Shown here one piece after another: positions 12,194-27,334 of a DNA stretch of 64,000 nt (its first letter is position 1; each line of letters opens with the position of its first letter). Source of the stretch: Eledone cirrhosa (lineage: Eukaryota). The notes under the pieces are model-generated. The model saw nothing but the letters and a program-made list of their open reading frames with translations. It was not told the DNA's origin and ran no database searches. The DNA lies in NCBI GenBank assembly GCA_964016885.1, contig OZ024740.1, forward strand, positions 2,790,001 through 2,854,000, read 5' to 3'. The position numbers and the translations under genes were made by a program.

Positions 12194-15100
12194 GGGAAGA
12201 AGACGCACAAGGTGGTAGAAGGTCATAAAATCGCTCCCGTAAGTTTTTGATTTTTAACATATTTAAATCAATTGTGAAATAACAATTCTTAGTACAAATG
12301 TTGCATAAACCACCGAATCAAGTCCCATAAAAATTCGGATCCATATTATATTGTTATATCGCTCAAATATTCAATTTTGTATTATATATTTTGTATTCAA
12401 AAAACAAAATGGTTATAAATGGAAGCAAACACCCTCTGTCTACACTATATAGAACAGCCAAATAACAGCAATTTCACCAACACCAGAAACTTGATACACC
12501 ACCTACCCCATCACACTAAATATAACAGCCAGATAACGGCAATTTCACCACCACCACCACCAATCCCAGCATCATAATAATAATTACTATTATTATTGTC
12601 TCAAGTTTTAACAAAATGTTTAATTCCAATTTTATGGGAATATGTCAACACAATATATATTAAATATACGCGACACAAACTTACAGATACTACATATCAC
12701 AAAACTCAGTAACGACAACGCCACCGCCGCCACCACTCCATCCATCATTGCTACCACTATCCCATCACCGCCGCCACCACTCCTTCATTGCTACCACCAC
12801 TATTCCCCTGTTAACTTGAGAGAGAAAGGGGAAGGTGGCGGTATCACTAGACAAGGGAGAGGCTAGCAAAAGATATAAATAGATTGACTTAGTGACCTGG
12901 CCACCGGCCAAACGTCAACATCAACAACTATGGCACTGCTGGCTCACCCCTTCCTCACCAACAATATAAAAAGCCCGATCACCACCACCGACATAGCCAA
13001 CAACAATAACAGGCAACTTCAGCAAAAAGTATATTATATTATTGTAATGCACTGGGTGATTGCTGGCCCTGTGCCTGGAGTGGAGACAATTATTAATAAT
13101 TTCATTCTTAAGCCACGCAATGCTCACATTAAGGAACCACTCATGATAATAACAATTAAAAAAAAACAACAAAAAGAAAAGCCCGTGACCAAGAAATACC
13201 GGGATGACGGCCGGCGGGGAATAGCCGTGTCTCTAGGGGAGAACGACCCCTCTAGTCTTGGTTGACACTCGTTCTAGAAGTGGTAACACGAAATGATTAC
13301 CCCTTGGCGGATAAGGATAAAACGCGACAAAATAAAGTAAATGTCTAATGATAAAATCTCATAACGGATCGGCCGTCACCCGGGTAAAAAAGGGCCGCGT
13401 CCCTCAGAGAGGAACCAGACTGGGGTCCAAAAATCAGCTAATGGTTCAAACCTTCCCATCATTTCGGAGCTGGAGACCTCCCATAACCGGAATACTCCTA
13501 CTGTTGGCCCTCCATGCTCACCACCAAGAAATCCAAAGAAAGAGAGAGAAAAATGGTCAAGGGAAGATAATAAAGAAGTCCTTGAGGCTTTCTACACTGC
13601 CATGTACTACCCATCAAATACATCGAATACAGAACAGACATATATCAACTGGAAAAAGAAACATCCCGAAAACAGAGGCTATATTGACAGTAACAAACTA
13701 GCCAATATACGAAGAAATATTGTAAGAAAAAAGTTACTAACTGATATAGAAATTGATCAGATCAAGCTATTAGCACAAAGTCAGCGAAGGGAAAATGAAA
13801 CATGTGTCAGTGAAAACGAGGTAAATTGTAACACTTCGAATTCCAGGGTTGGCGCGGAATCACTGGCAACAGAACAAATTAAAGAAATGATCGAAAAAGT
13901 GGAGGGAGTGCATGCTCAAGATGAAACTCCAAATGAAAATTGTGAGATCGTAAATAATAAAGAAATGAATGAGAATGAACTTGCCAACTTGAAGGATGAA
14001 ATTATGATCGAATGGATGAAAATGAAAGAATCTGACATGGGGCAACGAGACACCCTCCCTAAGATCCAGAACTCCAAACAGAACCAAAAGATAATACACA
14101 AGACTAACATAATTCTCAAAAACATTATCATCACAAACAAACTAAACATTACTGATTTAAATCATCTCTATTATGCATCGGCTAAAGTCACCACTCACTT
14201 ATGTGGAGTGAAGATGAAAAAACAAAGGAATTCCCACAAGAAATCTACTTGGCAAGAGAACATCAATCGCCAAATAAACCTTCTCCGATCTGACATAGAA
14301 ATTTTAACAAACTATAAAGTAGGTGAACATGTTAAACAAACTAAACTTAGAAAATTGAAAAAAAAGTACAGTATAAAATCAACAAGTGACATAGACATGC
14401 TGATAGAAATAATCAAGCAAAAAGTGTCGGCCAAAGCTGCTCGTATAAGGTGCTTTGAAAAACGATCTAGATTCTATAAGGACAATATGTTCAAAAACAA
14501 CCCAGAAAAATTGGTAAGTCAACAATAACTGCTAAATCAATACCACCCAAGGAGGAAGTGCAAGAATTTTGGGAAAAGATCTGGGCCGGAGAAAAATTCA
14601 TAACATACATGACCCATGGATAGACAGACAAATGAAAAATACAGCTCACCTTGAGGAACAAATATGGGAAAATATAACAGTTGAACAGTTGCGCTTGGCT
14701 CGAAGAAAAACCATCAAATGGAAATCCCCAGGAAAAGACAAAATACAAAACTTTTGGATAAATGCCTTCACAGAGTCTCATGAGCTGTTAGCCCAACTTT
14801 ACAATGAAATAGTTAAGGAGCCAGAAAAGATACCAGCATGGCTAGTTAACGGCATTACATTCCTGCTTCCAAAGAATGATGAGACAAACAATACCAAAAA
14901 TTACAGACCGATAACTTGCTTGACCACAATGTATAAAATGTTAACATCAGTCCTAACTGAACACACATATGACCATCTGATAACAAATGACCTATTTCCC
15001 ATTGAGCAGAAAGGGTGTAAACGAGGCTCATATGGCTGTAAGGATCAGCTTCTGGTTAACAAAATGATACTGGAAGATTGTCATAATAGACACAAAAATC

Positions 15101-17118
15101 TATCGATTGCTTGGATAGATTATAAAAAAGCATTCGATAGTTTGCCACACAGTTGGATTGAAAAATGTTTAGAGATTTTCAAAATATCCCCCGTTGTCAG
15201 GAGGTTTTTGTCATTCAGTATGAAGACATGGAAAACGACACTCCTTTTGAATAGTGAAACAAAATCACTGGAAGCTGGAGAAGTTAATATTAATTGTGGA
15301 ATTTTTCAGGGTGACTCTTTATCACCGCTTTTATTCTGCATCGCACTTATACCATTAAGTAAAATGCTCAATGAAACAAAACATGGATATAAAGTCTATG
15401 ACAAAACCATTAATCACTTGTTCTACATGGATGACCTGAAACTATTTGCAAAAAATGATGAACAATTGCAAGGGCTATTATCCACTGTGAGGCAGTTCAG
15501 TGATGACATTAAAATGGAGTTTGGACTAGATAAATGCGCCAAAGCAACGTTCACCAGAGGAAAGCTGCTGAAAAGTTCAGACATTAATCTTGATCGGGGG
15601 AACGTGATAAGAGAACTTGATCAAGAAAAAACTTACAAATATCTAGGTGTTTGTGAAGGAGACGGAATCAAGCACTCGACAATGAGGGAAAGGATAAGGA
15701 AGGAATGTTACCGCAGAGTAAGAGCAATCTTAAGAACGGAATTGAATGCAAGGAATAGGATCGATGCCATAAACACGCTTGCCATACCAGTAGTAACCTA
15801 CAGTTACAATGTCATCAACTGGTCAAGCACAGACATCCGTAGGCTCGATACAAAAATTAGAAAATTCTTAACCATGCACAGAATGCATCACTCTAAGGCA
15901 GATATAGATAGAATATATCTCCCTAGGAAAGAAGGAGGACGTGGGTTAACCCAGTTAGACATTGCGTTGAAAACTGCAACAATTGGATTATCTACATATC
16001 TAAGGGAATCACATGATTGGATGATCAAACTCGTTTTGAAACACGAAAGCATCAAAAGATCATATTCCATTACAAAAGATGCACAAAGATACAATAATGG
16101 ACTACAAATTTCAGAAGTCCCATTTACTGCTGAAATGGAAAACACAGAAAAAGCAAAGCAGGTAAAAGTAACTGCAAAGAAAGAACTGCTACAGAAACTG
16201 GCTAAGAAATGGCAAGAAAAGCCTCTGTATGGAAAATACCCAGAGCGAGCTAACAATCCTGATGTTGACAAAACTTTAACCCATCAGTGGTTGGCATCCT
16301 CTGGTCTGAAATCGGAGACTGAGGGACTGATTATATCAGCACAAGATCAGTGTCTGCCAACAAAAAATTACCAAGTCAACATAATAAAAAATGGATGCAG
16401 CCCATTATGCCGTGTATGCAAAAAACAACCAGAGACCATTGACCATATAATTTCAATGTGCAGTCCTATAGCTCCAACCGAATACCTAAACAGGCATGAC
16501 AGAGTTGCACAATACATACATTGGATAATGTGTAAACATTTTGACCTACCCCATCAAAAGAATTGGTGGGAGCATCAACCACCTCCCATACTTGAAAAAG
16601 ATCACATCTCAATCTTGTGGAACTTTAGCATCGAAACAGACCGAAAAATAGATGCAAATAGACCTGATATAATATTGAAGGACTTTAAAAAGAGGGTATG
16701 CCTGCTAATTGATATGTCTGTTCCAATAGACAAGAATGTATCTATAAAAACATTTGAAAAATTGAGCAAGTATAAGGACCTGGAAATAGAAATTGGAAAA
16801 ATGTGGAAATTGAGAACTAAATCAATACCAGTGGTTGTAGGCTCTCTGGGAATGATACCTAAGGGGTCTAATGACTACTTATCGCAAATCCAAGGAAACC
16901 CGCGTATAGGAGAAATACAAAAGATAGTACTAATGGGAACTGCCCATATACTAAGGAAGATTCTGTCAATATAAGTACATCACAAGTCTAAACACTAAAG
17001 ATGCATGTGTGAGTATGTATGTTCTTTCTTGAACATGGCGGACCTTGTTGTCTCTTGAGGTCACTGGTGGTGACTTGGTGATAACTCGTATGAACATAAA
17101 GCAAGATAAATGCAACTG
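12194..17118 (+). mobile_element. R4/Dong-clade family B near-full-length copy B2
   Basis: Leader, ORF, ~145-nt 3' UTR and (AAT)n tail. Confidence 0.92.
13341..16974 (+). pseudogene. Family B RT-RLE polyprotein with an early stop (codon 8 is TAA, TAC in B1) and frame disruption near 14500-14570
   Basis: KWSRED Myb-like region, YRPITCL, GIFQGDSLSP, FYMDD, CRVC..HIISMC, RHD, RPDII. Confidence 0.9.
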
Positions 17119-17123
17119 TAATG

Positions 17124-17210
<87 letters not shown>

Positions 17211-17212
17211 TA

Positions 17213-20200
17213 GGGAAGAAGACGCACGAGGTGACGGAGGTCATGAAATCGCTCCCGTAAGTTTTGAATTTTTAACATATTTAAACCATTTGTGAAATAA
17301 CAACTCTTAGTACAAATGCTACGTAAAGCACCCGGCTTGAGCCCCAAAACATTCGGACCCAAAATATATTGTTATAAGGCTCAAATATTCAAATATTCAA
17401 CTTTGTATTGTACACTGTATATCCAAAAAAAAAAATGGCTATAAATGGAAGAAGAACCCCCCCTCCTCTCCTCTGGCTACACTATATAGGACAGCTAAAC
17501 TCACCAACACCAGAAACTAGATACACCACCCACCCCATCATCTGTGTACACTAAACACAACAGCCAGATAACGACACATTTTCACCTTCACCGCCACCGC
17601 TCACTACGGCCATCATTACCACCACTATCCCATCACCGCCGCCACCACCCCTTGACTCCGCTACAGCACCATCACTACAGTAATACGGTCACATCACCGC
17701 CACCACTGCCTCGGTATCGACATCACCACCACCACTGTCTCAGTATCGCTAACGCCGCCAGTCTCCCACTTCCCTCTGCTGGCTGCTACTTCCACATTGT
17801 AGAATTCCTACTACTAACAAAGAGGAAGGCATCAAAATATATAGATAGACTCAAAAGAAAAAAGAAAAAACAAACAACAAAACCAAAGCAGCACAGCAAC
17901 AACAGCAAAAAACGAGAAAACAAACAGAGAAAAACAAAAACAAAAAAAAGAAACCCCCAAAACGTAAAGAAAATAAGAATGAAGAGAGAAGCAGGCGGAC
18001 GGACAGAGAAGAGGGGGGAAAAAGTAAAACTTAAAAAACTAAAACTAAGTCAGACATTCGAACACTACATTACAATGAAACTTATGCTTATTCATTTTTG
18101 GGGCCCTTTCTGCCTGTGTGTTTGTTTGTTTATGTGTGTTCGTATACAGCGTGGTGATAATGCCACACAAGGGCCAAGTGGGATGGCGGATCCACAGATG
18201 GCTATGTAAACATACATTCGCCAATCCTCGATAAGAGTGTTTAAATATCGAACATAAACAGTTCGAATAACGGTGAAATGGAGACTAGAACGTCATGTGA
18301 CAGACTCTTACCCAACAGGTGCCCCCTGGCTCAGCAGCAGGAACCTGACTGTCAAACAAATACTGCTGATGTTGGAGGAAGGAGAAGAAGGAAAGGGGCC
18401 AGAACCAACTGGACGAAAGAATTGAATAGAACTGTTATGCAATGCTACCTGAAAAGTAACCCCAAGGAGAGGGGCTACAGGAGACGGATGCATAACATCT
18501 GGAACGAGATTGGTTTATTTAAATTAGATGAACAAAAATTGGCCGGGCAGGCTCGGGTAATAAGAACTAATGGGTGGATAAGCGAGCTGGAACTGGAGGT
18601 ACTGAGCAGAGAGAATGGCTTGGAGATGGCGGGTGTAGTATGCCAGACAAGCGAGCCGGTGGGAAATGAAGGTGAGGAGGTCCTGAGAACGGAGGAACCA
18701 CCCGAAGCAGACAATGATCTGAGTACTGAGATAAATAATACCTGGAACAGAGATACGGCCACTGAGGAGATGAATGCTGACGGGCTAGGACAAGATTCGG
18801 TTGACATCCTAAATTTAGTGGTAGATGAATTGAACAATGATAGTGGGAGACCTATGAACCTAAGATTTGTAGACAGGAAAAAGTTAAAAGAAACAACAGC
18901 TAAGGTAAACAAAGTCATCCCATACCTTGAGGCGAGGAGCCTTCACCAGTGCAACAATATCCTCAGAGCAACAGCAAATACGGTGAGGAAACTACTTGGT
19001 ATAAAAGCGAGAGGAAACAACAGACAAGAAAGAGCAGAGCCGTGGTGGAAGAAGCGACTGAGTGGGCAAATCGGGGAAATGAGAAATGACATAGGAAAGC
19101 TTGAGTCACTACTGAATGGGACACTAAAAAACATAGACACTGAAAATAGACTGGAAATAAAATACAAAACTAGGAGTAAAAAGCTAAATATTATCATAGA
19201 GGAATTGAAGCAACGCATTGTAGCAAAGAGTGCAAAAATCAGGCGATACGAGAACAGAGTCAGTCAGTATAAACAGAACCGCATGTTCGACAACAACCAG
19301 AAGATGCTGTTTGGACAGCTTGAGGGCAAAGAAAGAGGCAACGACTTGATCCCTGGGGCGGAACAAACTAAAACATTCTGGAGAGGAATATGGGAGCAGG
19401 ATGTTAGACACAATGCCCAGGCAGGGTGGATTGAGACAGTACAGAGGGAGATCGGTGAGCAGGCACAGCAACAGACTGATTTGAGTATCACAGTTGAAAC
19501 TCTTAAGGGGCAAGCCAAAAAACTAACCAACTGGAAATCACCAGGCCCAGATGGTGTGCAGGGGTGTTGGATTAAACATCTAACATCCCTCCACCCGAAG
19601 CTGACGGCCATGTTCAATGACTGCTTGGTGTCGGGTGAGGTGCCAGAGTGGTTGACAAAAGGTACCACAGTTCTGATAATGAAAGACCGAATCAAGGGTA
19701 ATGATGCTACCAACTATAGACCTATTACATGTCTGCCCGTAATGTGGAAACTGTTGACGAGCATTGTGTCTGAGGAAATCTACCATCACCTCCACACAAA
19801 CAACTTGTTACCGGACGAACAGAAAGGATGCCGAAAGAAGTCACGTGGTACAAAGGACCAGTTGCTTATTGATAAGATGGTAATGGGGAATTGCAGGAGG
19901 AGACACACTGATCTTGCCATGGGATGGATAGACTACAGAAAGGCATTTGACATGGTGCCTCATTCCTGGATCACCAAAAGCCTGGAGATCTTCAGGGTGG
20001 CAGATAACATCAGACAGTTGCTAGGCAGGAGTATGGGGTCCTGGGAGACAGAGTTGACATCAACTGGAGTATCCTTGGGAAGCGTGAAGATCAAGAGAGG
20101 TATCTTCCAGGGAGATAGCCTGTACCCTCTGTTGCTTGTCCTTGCCCTGATGCCCTTGACCATTATGCTGCGAAAAGTGAGAGCAGGATACAAGTTGGGA

Positions 20201-21742
20201 AGGGGAGAGCTTACCATCAATCACCTCCTCTTCATGGACGATCTTAAGCTCTTCGGGAAAAGTGAGAAGGAGTTGGATGTGCTTGTTGACACTGTCCGTA
20301 TTTTCAGCAGTGATATATGTATGCAGTTTGGTATTGGTAAATGTGGACTCATTGTGATGAAGAGGGGTAGGTTGAGCAGAAGTAACGGGATCCAGATACC
20401 AACAGGTGAGATGATAAAGGAAATTGACTCTGAGGAAGGATACAAGTATTTGGGCGTTCTGGAGGCTGATGGCATAAAGAACAAAAAAATGAAGGAATTG
20501 TTAAGAACTGAATACATTCGGAGAGTAAGGAGCGTATTGAAGTCACATCTGAACAGCAGAAATGCCATAAGCGCAGTAAATTCCCGAGCTGTGTCTATTA
20601 TTAGGTACAGTGCGGGAATTCTGAGATGGAATGTTGCTGAACAAAAAGAAATGGATAGGAAGACTAGGAAGCTATTGACTATCTACATGTTCCACAAGAG
20701 GAGTGATGTCGATAGACTCTACTTAAGGAGATCTGAGGGTGGAAGAGGCCTTATCAGCATAGAGGACTGTGTTCAGATGGAGAAAAACAACCTACACAAA
20801 TACGTGACTGATAGTAAGGAGCCAATGCTCAGAAATGTACTGAAGGAGGGGACAATAGGCCAGGGGATGTCCAAGGAGTAAATAACATCAAGGAGGAAGA
20901 GCAGCCTTCAGGAAAAATCCCTTCATAGTACCATCTTTGAGAAAACTGAATTTAGAGATCCACAGACATGGAACTGGTTGAGAAGAGGAGACCTTAAAAA
21001 GGCTACAGAAGGAATGTTAATGGCTGCGCAGGAGCAGGCCCTCAAAACGAAGTGGTTGAAACACCATATTTACAAGGAGGAGGCTAGCCCACTGTGCAGG
21101 ATCTGTGGAGAGAGAGAGGAGACTGTGGCTCACATTGTATCCGAGTGTAAACACCTAGCCCAGACCCACTATAAGGGCTGGAGACATGATGTGATGGGCA
21201 GGGTGATCCACTGACACCTGTGCAAAGTAAACAATTTACCACATTCTGAGAAATGGTATGAGCATAAGCCAGAGGCGGTGATGGAGAACAATCAGGTGAA
21301 GGTGCTGTGGGATTTTAGGATACAGACGGACAAAAAACTGGAACACAATAGACCTGACCTGGTGGTCGTGGACAAAGAAAAAAGATCGTGCCTGATTGTG
21401 GATGTGGCCTGCCCATTCGACACGAGAGTGCAAGAGAAGGAAAGGGAGAAAATTAACCGATACCAGGACTTAAAGTGGGAGGTAAAAAGGATTTGGAACT
21501 GCCATGAAGTCAAAGTGATCCCGATTGTCATAGGCGCACTGGGGACTATCTCCAAAAGTTTCCAGGGATGGTTAAAGAAAATCGGCCCCTTCACGCTTTT
21601 TGGAGCGCTTCAAAAGGCATGCTTGCTGGGAACAGCAAGAACCCTCCGATACGTCCTGAATATCTGAGGCTGCAGGTAGTGGCTTGATATTCATTCCAAC
21701 AGACTTTCCAGTTAACTAACATCAATGACTGAGACTCAAGGA
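17213..21742 (+). mobile_element. R4/Dong-clade family A full-length copy A2
   Basis: Near-identical to A1, with a single-copy leader. Confidence 0.92.
18278..21667 (+). pseudogene. Family A RT-RLE ORF with two in-frame stops (20879-20881, 21212-21214)
   Basis: Collinear with A1; GAA>TAA and TGG>TGA changes. Confidence 0.9.
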
Positions 21743-21775
21743 GTAATAACAATAATAATAATAATAATAATAATT

Positions 21776-22495
21776 AGCCCATTATGCCGTGTATGTAAAA
21801 AACAACCAGAGACCATTGACCATATAATTTCAATGTGCAGTCCTATAGCTCCAACCGAATACCTAAACAGGCATGACAGAGTTGCACAATACATACATTG
21901 GATAATGTGTAAGCATTTTAACCTACCCCATCAAAAGAATTGGTGGGAGCATCAACCACCTCCCATACTTGAAAAAGATCACATCTCAATCTTGTGGAAC
22001 TTTAGCATCGAAACAGACCGAAAAATAGATGCAAATAGACCTGATATAATATTGAAGGACTTTAAAAAGAGGGTATGCCTGCTAATTGATATGTCCGTTC
22101 CAATAGACAAGAATGTATCTATAAAAACATTTGAAAAATTGAGCAAGTATAAGGACCTGGAAATAGAAATTGGAAAAATGTGGAAATTGAGAACTAAAAC
22201 AATACCAGTGGTTGTAGGCGCTCTAGGAATGATACCTAAGGGGTCTAATGATTACTTATCGCAAATCCCAGGAAACCCGCGTATAGGAGAAATACAAAAG
22301 TTAGTACTAATGGGAACTGCCCATATACTAAGGAAGATTCTGTCAATATAAGTACATCACAAGTCTAAACACTAAAGATGCATGTGTGAGTATGTATGTT
22401 CTTTCTTGAACATGGCGGACCTTGTTGTCTCTTGAGGTCACTGGTTGTGACTTGGTGATAACTCGTATGAACATAAAGCAAGATAAATGCAGCTG
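21776..22495 (+). mobile_element. 5'-truncated family B copy
   Basis: CCHC + RLE + family-B 3' UTR between (AAT)n tracts. Confidence 0.93.
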
Positions 22496-22520
22496 TAATA
22501 ATAATAATAATAATAATAAT

Positions 22521-24180
22521 GTGAATATCAAGAGAGGTATCTTCCAGGGAGATAGTCTGTCCCCTCTGTTGTTTGTCCTTGCCCCGATGCCCCTGACCAT
22601 TATACTGCGAAAAGTGAGAGCAGGATACAAGTTGGGAAAGGGAGAGCTTACCATCAATCACCTCCTCTTCATGGACGATCTTAAGCTCTTCGGGAAGAGT
22701 GAGAAGGAGTTGGATGTGCTTGTTGACACTGTCCGTATTTTCAGCAATGATATATGTATGGAATTTTGTATTAGTAAGTGTGGAGTCATTGTGATGAAGA
22801 GGGGTAAATTGAGCAGAAGCAACGGAATCCAGGTACCATCAGGTGAGATGATAAAGGAAATTGACATTGAAGAAGGATACAAGTATTTGGGTGTTCTGGA
22901 GGCTGATAACATCAAGAACAAAAAAATGAAGGAATTGATAAGATCTGAATACATTCGGAGAGTAAGGAGCGTATTGAAGTCACATTTGAACAGCAGAAAT
23001 GCCATAAGCGCAGTAAATTCCCGAGCTGTGTCTATTATTAGGTACAGTTCGGGAATTCTGAGATGGAATGTTGCTGAACAAAAAGAAATGGATAGGAAGA
23101 CTAGGAAGCTATTGACTATCTACATGTTCCACAAGAGGAGTGATGTCGATAGACTCTACTTAAGGAGATCTGAGGGTGGAAGAGGTCTTATCAGCATAGA
23201 GGACTGTGTTCAGATGGAGAAAAACAACCTACACAAATACGTGACTGATAGTAAGGAGCCAATGCTCAGAACTGTACTGAAGGAGGGGACAATAGGCCAG
23301 GGGATGTCCAAGGAGTAAATAACATCAAGGAGGAAGAGCAGCCTTCAGGAAAAATCCCTTCATAGTACCATCTTTGAGAAAACTGAATTTAGAGATCCAC
23401 AGACATGGAACTGGTTGAAAAGAGGAGACCTTAAAAAGGCTACAGAAGGAATGCTAATGGCTGCGCAAGAGCAGGCCCTCAAAACGAAGTGGTTGAAACA
23501 CCATATTTACAAGGAGGAGGCTAGCCCACTGTGCAGGATCTGTGGAGAGAGAGAGAGGAGACTGTAGCTCACATAGTATCCGAGTGTAAACACCTAGTCC
23601 AGACTCACTATAAAGGCTGGAGACATGATGTGATGGGCAGGGTGATCCACTGGCACCTATGCAAAGTAAACAATTTACCACATTCTGAGAAGTGGTATGA
23701 GCATAGGCCAGAGTCGGTGATAGAAAATGATCAGGTGAAGGTGCTGTGGGATTTTAGGATACAGACGGACAAGAAACTGGAACACAATAGACCTGACCTG
23801 GTGGTTTTGGACAAGGAAAAAAGATCGTACCTGATTGTGGATGTGGCCTGCCCATTCGACACGAGAGTGCAAGAGAAGGAGAGGGAGAAAATTAACCGAT
23901 ACCAGGACTTAAAGTGGGAGGTAAAAAGGATTTGGAACTGCCATGAAGTCAGAGTCGTCCCGATTGACATAGGCGCACTAGGTACTATCTCAAAAAGTTT
24001 CCAGGGATGGTTAAAGAAAATTGGCCCCGTCCCGCTTTTTGGAACACTTCAAAAGGCATGCTTGCTGGGAACAGCAAGAACCCTCCGATACGTCCTGAAT
24101 ATCTGAGGCTGCAGGTAGTGGCTTGATATTCATTTCAACAAACTTTCCAGTTAACTAACATCAATGACTGAGACTCAAAA
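22521..24180 (+). mobile_element. 5'-truncated family A copy (variant subfamily, with a stop and a frameshift)
   Basis: Runs from just before GIFQGDSLSP to the 3' UTR. Stop at 23316-23318; GA slippage near 23550. Confidence 0.92.
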
Positions 24181-24210
24181 AACAATAATAATAATAATAA
24201 TAATAATAAT

Positions 24211-24600
24211 GTTTTCTTTATTAACCACAAGGGTTTACTTAAAGTAGACATTAAGGACAGTACAGGACAATACAGGACGGTACAAATGGGCATTTCTGCG
24301 TGTAAAAAAAACAGAGGATGTAATAAAATTACAAAGAAAAATTCCCCAATAGGGGGGAGACTTCCGAGGGACATTTGTGGAGAAAGCCCATTAAAAGACC
24401 ACAGTGGCCCTGACCACCAGGACAAGTGCCCTCTCCCAGTTTTCCACCTTTAATTTACAGACACATACTCAGAGTAGGGCCATTCACTCGGGCCATACTT
24501 GCTTCTCTCACCCATCTTTCAACAAAATGCTGGGAAGAGAGCACTTCCCTCTCCACCCTGATTTTTCTTTTCAAAGCTCTCTTGAGAATGAGGTTTAGCT
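24211..24600 (-). mobile_element. 3' end of an L1/Tx1-like LINE whose tail is the (ATT)n tract
   Basis: Minus strand encodes KRKIRVEREVLSSQHFVERWVREASMARVNGPTLSMCL*, then a 3' UTR with AATAAA just before (ATT)n. Homologous to 58529-59100. Confidence 0.7.
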
Positions 24601-25049
24601 CCGTGTGACGCGCGAAGCGGCTCGCATTCAGGCGGCAAGAAAGTATATAAAAATGTTTAGAAAAAAAATTAGAAACAATTGTTTTGAGAAGCGTGTCTAA
24701 GCAGGATATTTCTAAGAAGATATGGAAGAACATAACCCTATAGAATGACCAAGATATATCGGTGACACCAGATATTGACATGTCGAAACACGCTTTAAAC
24801 TATATGCCAGTAAAATCTCGGTTAAACAAATAACTATGGACAATAAATATGTGTTTCTATCATCAGGGAATATATATCAACAGTTGTTTCAATTCTATTT
24901 CTATTTTCACTTAAACATGACATTTCAGAAGCAGACGTAAACAAAGTTGTATTTTTGAGGAACTGGATTGAAGAATCGATATCCAAGTTATTGTGTAATA
25001 AATTTACCATGGCTCGGATATTTTCTTCTGTCAATAGAAGCGCCATAAC

Positions 25050-25420
25050 TTTGATAATCCTGGATGATGTGGTTAGGGCGATAGCCACAGCCGAACGGAG
25101 CAAAACCCTTAAATACTGTGATCTGTCAGTCAGCTACATTTTCCAGCCTGTGGGTTTTGAGACGTTTGTGGTAGTCGGGCTGCTGACTGCGAGTTTCCTC
25201 TCTTCGCTGGCGGCTCGCCTAATAGAGGTAACTGGCGAATCTCGCAAGGGCGCTTGGTTGTTCCAGCACATCAGCCTCGCCATCACCCGAGGAAACACTG
25301 TGAGTGTGCTAACTTGCCTAAAAAATCATTAGAGAGGTTGCCCAGTACTCCTCGCGAAGTTGCTGTCTTTTGCTCTGGTGTTGGCTCCGTTGTCCAACCA
25401 TTCCTTTATATTTTCTTTAA
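25050..25420 (+). mobile_element. Decayed 3' end of a CRE-like RLE retrotransposon (second fragment 25650-25771)
   Basis: AERSKTLKYCDL..YIFQPVGFETF..TGESRKGAWLFQHISLAITRGN resembles the CRE-clade endonuclease C-terminus. Confidence 0.7.
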
Positions 25421-26431
25421 TATTGCAACATTAAAGGAATATATCCTTCTGAAAGAATCACGAGCAATTTATAATGTTACTTAAGCATTTGTAATGTTAT
25501 TTATGCATATATTTAAAACATATTTATGTTATTTTACTGTAAACGCATATAAGAGAGAAAAAAAGAAGAAAAAAAAAAGAAGAAAAAAAAGAGGGGAAGC
25601 AAAAGCAAAAACGATTATCAATTCACTTTTTAATTAGATATGCCCTTATGCTCACTGGCAGCTTACCTAACCGAGGTAACTGGGGATGCTCGTGAAGGCG
25701 CTTGGCTGTTCCAGCGCATCAGCCTCGCCATCAACCGAGGTAACGCTGCGAGCGAGCTGGCCTGCCTCTAGAGGTTTTCTCATGCTTCTCACGATATCGT
25801 TATCTTTTGTTCTAGCAGCGGTTTGTCCACCCCTTTCGCTTGTCTTTTGTTATTTGTGGTCCTAGATGTGTGTATTACCTGCTTGTGTGTATTAAAAACA
25901 TATTTGTAATGTTATTTATACAACAGTGAATAAAATATATTTCATATTACATATGATAGGTAATATTAAAAAAAAAACATTCTTTCAAATATTGACTTAC
26001 CAGACTAATGGATACACAGACAGCTATCCCCAAATGAAAAACAATGCCTACTATAAACACCAGGCGTGTCCCCATTTTGTTGTTGGTGCGTCTGTTTACT
26101 CTGGGTTAGAATAGTTCTTTGAGATCTCCCTTAGTGTCAACAGCAGTGAAATTGCTGTGGTTACCAGTTAAACATTTATACGTGCTCAGTAAGTTTTTGT
26201 GAGTGTCGAGTGGACACACACACATATATATATTTAAACACACATTTTTCACCATCCCTATATACATATATGTATATATATTATATATATATTCTTGCTA
26301 TTGCTCAATGTGTGTGTGTGTGTAAAGGAAGTCACATATATGCTGACATTTATATGCTTATATATACTAGCAGAAGAACTGCCCTTGGGTGGTGTTTCTG
26401 CTAGCATATATAGTGTGTATATTGATATATG

Positions 26432-26815
26432 TGTAGCGGCCCCTTACGGCTGTGACTCAGAACATATAGGAATTGCGTCCCTTTACGACGGTCGCGACTC
26501 CCAGTGGCAGATACGTATAGGAGTTGCATCCCTTTGTGACGGTCGCGACTCCCAGTGGCAGATACGTATAGGAGTTGCATCCCTTTGTGACGGTCGCGAC
26601 TCCCAGTGGCAGATCCATGTACTAAATGGAGTTGCGTCCACCTGGGGACTATATATTTGAGAGCATGAAGCAATTCTCTCTCACTTCCTTCGCCCGCAAC
26701 AAGAAGAACACCGGCAGCCTAAAGAAACACTTGAACCTTACCAAGAGAAGATTTCTGTTCTCCACACACTCCAGTCTGGGAGTTGTGACCAACTGACCAT
26801 CAACATGTGGTAACA
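26432..26815 (+). mobile_element. Possible solo LTR containing three 51-bp tandem repeats (~26466-26616)
   Basis: TGTAG...TAACA termini and an internal TATA-like motif; no TSD seen. The repeats are seen directly, the LTR call is weak. Confidence 0.4.
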
Positions 26816-27334
26816 ATTATTTATATCAATTTATATGACTTCTGTGAAGTAAAACCATGTCACAACACTCACCTGCATTTATTGTCATTCTTGATAATAT
26901 ATATACACTGATACTAATATCCTAAATATCCAAATATATATGCACATAGATATGATACGTAAATTGACAATATGCACATAAACTGAAAAAAGACTGTGTT
27001 ACACTTACTTCTGTAATCAGTAAAGTAATCCATGATACATTTTAAAAAAAAGCGATAATGGAGATGGAAAAGCGATGAAATTGTTGACGGAAAATGTTCA
27101 TGAATCTTCACTTGAGAATGTCAATGGGATGCTTCAAGCAGTGAATTTGAAAATAGATGCTGCTGGTATGAATGAATGAATTACATTTACCAATATGAAG
27201 AGTTGACCTTCGCTATATTGTTGTTTTACTGTATTCACATATAGACTTCTTAAGTTTTTGTAGTGTCCCTTTTCTAGTAGTTAAAAAGAAACTGAAATGC
27301 ATTTCAACTAAAAGAGAGTGATAGCTGTTTCACA

